The position numbers and the translations under genes are program-made. From Camelus ferus (Eukaryota), in NCBI RefSeq assembly GCF_009834535.1, contig NC_045697.1:77254001-77318000 (forward strand): a stretch of 64,000 bases of DNA. Direction: 5' to 3'. The notes under the pieces were generated by a model, which searched no databases, was not told where the DNA came from, and saw nothing but the letters and a program-made list of their open reading frames with translations. Positions 62,586 to 64,000 of the stretch are shown here, in pieces; within the stretch, counting starts at the first letter, position 1; each line of letters starts with the position of its first letter.

Positions 62586-63679
62586 GATGACTAAGTAAAA
62601 CTATGGCATCTGCCTCAGGAAAGGCAACCATTTCATCTTCAAGTTATTCACTTATGCCTCCTAATAAGTTCCACAAGGACAAAAACATCCTTCCTGATTG
62701 AATACCGGTGGTAACATTTAGGCACAATTTTAAGAAGGAATGATATTTAGCACTTCATTGCATACAACATATAGCTCATTTTTTCCTTCCAATAACAGAA
62801 AACTAGAAATTATTATAAGAATTACAGGCAGCAGGCTGCATCACAGTTTTACATGACATAGGTTCCTTTTAAATTCACCTACATACAGTCTGGTTTTACC
62901 ATTAAAGTCATTAAGTTCCCTATTATTTTGAGCTGCCAAGTATTAAATTAACTAGGCCCAGGCTTTGTCCACTTTTATTGGAAACATGACCTCCCAAGTA
63001 CTATTTTGAATTTCAAGAAGTCCAAGTACTTTATCTGAATTATTACATTTAAGCATTCAAAAAAGTCAACTGTTTCAAAAGAAAGATCTCTGCCTGAAAT
63101 ACTGAGTGATTATTACCAACAATGCCACTGAACAAGTTCTCAGATTCAAACAGAATCAAAGTCAAAAACTATAAAAAAAACTAAATCAAAATAATAATAT
63201 TAATAGCAACTAACCATAAGGAGGCAGCGTCACTGGTATCTGGGAGAAAAAAATTCCTATTAAGTATTGATAGAATCATTTTCTTGAAGAGTTATCAGAA
63301 CTCTTTCTCAACAACAGAGTACACCAAAAGTCTATACAAAGGTCGCAATTTATTTTCTGTAGCTTTGCAGGAAAAAAAGAATGTTTAAACCAATTCTTAA
63401 GTTAAAAGAGCATGACTTTAAAATTCTCGGTATGTTTTGCATGTTCAGCTGAGTAATTTAAAGGAGCTAAAACACAGAGTTAAAACCAATCTGTTTCACT
63501 TCATCCCTATAATACACGTATGTCACTAAGTTCTTGGGCAACTTTCCTGCAATTGCAAAAAAAAAAAAAACCAAACCGTAATTCAGAAGCAATGAACAAC
63601 AACGGAGAGTACACTCTCAGGTGATCTGCCACGTTCTAACAATAGTGGTGAGAACCTGTAAGCAAGATTCTGGCAGTGG

Positions 63680-64000
63680 TTAAGTTTTCCCACGGCCAGA
63701 GGACACCGCCAAGGTCTGCCCGGCACCTACGCCTCCATGACCCTCGGTCCCCCCAACAGCGCTGAAAGCACGGGCCTCGCAGGGCCTGGGTTCCCTCTTA
63801 CCGTCACTGCACTTGTGCTGGCAGAGCCCGTCCTCGCCTCCCAGGAGGTCCAAGGCGGCGTTTAGGTACGTGTCTATCTTGTGGACGCCGTTCCGGATGG
63901 TCTTCAAGGGTGGCCCTCCAGTCGGTGGTCTGGGCCTGCTCCTGGCACGTGAAAGCGGCGGTCAGGAGGAGGAGGAGGAGGGTGAGCGCAGGCCGCGGGA
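63680..64000. promoter_or_regulatory. CpG island over PLA2G12A exon 1 (continues beyond the window)
   Basis: Abrupt rise in GC and CpG density. Confidence 0.8.
63802..64000 (-). CDS. PLA2G12A: PLA2G12A exon 1 (partial): PRPALTLLLLLLTAAFTCQEQAQTTDWRAT-[frameshift]-LKTIRNGVHKIDTYLNAALDLLGGEDGLCQHKCSD
   Basis: Donor ACG|gtaag at 63801. The signal peptide and the mature N-terminus lie in different frames. Confidence 0.9.

Larger units (their letters stand above)
50203..64000 (-). other. PLA2G12A: PLA2G12A gene (group XIIA secreted phospholipase A2), 5'-partial: complement(join(50203-50321,52276-52441,53500-53576,63802->64000))
   Basis: Signal peptide (PALTLLLLLL), NGCGSP Ca-binding loop, CCNQHDRCY catalytic His-Asp, C-terminus EEKTDL*. 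Exon 1 has an apparent 1-nt frameshift (see findings). Confidence 0.96.

Overview
Mammalian genomic DNA, most likely camelid: the dominant SINE is tRNA-Ala(AGC)-derived and vic-1-like. The window holds the syntenic MCUB(CCDC109B)-CASP6-PLA2G12A block. MCUB coding exons 2-8 are on + (8376-26505; exon 1 lies upstream of the window). CASP6 is complete on - (7 exons, 41268-28030, 882 nt, 293 aa). PLA2G12A is on - (4 exons, >64000-50203; start codon lies beyond the window). All exon boundaries were read manually, follow GT-AG and have compatible phases. The rest is intron/intergenic sequence rich in L1, L2, MIR, SINEs, solo LTRs and DNA-transposon MITEs. I found no clear new multi-gene system. Most notable observations: (1) an apparent 1-nt frameshift in PLA2G12A exon 1; (2) a degenerate ~33-bp tandem array, rich in ETS cores, in CASP6 intron 1 and split by a solo LTR; (3) an ERVK-like solo LTR pointing into the CASP6 promoter; (4) a twin-primed (5'-inverted) L1; (5) overlapping poly(A) hexamers between the convergent MCUB and CASP6; (6) inverted SINEs flanking the MCUB pore exons. 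Repeat family names and orthologue comparisons come from recall, not from database searches.
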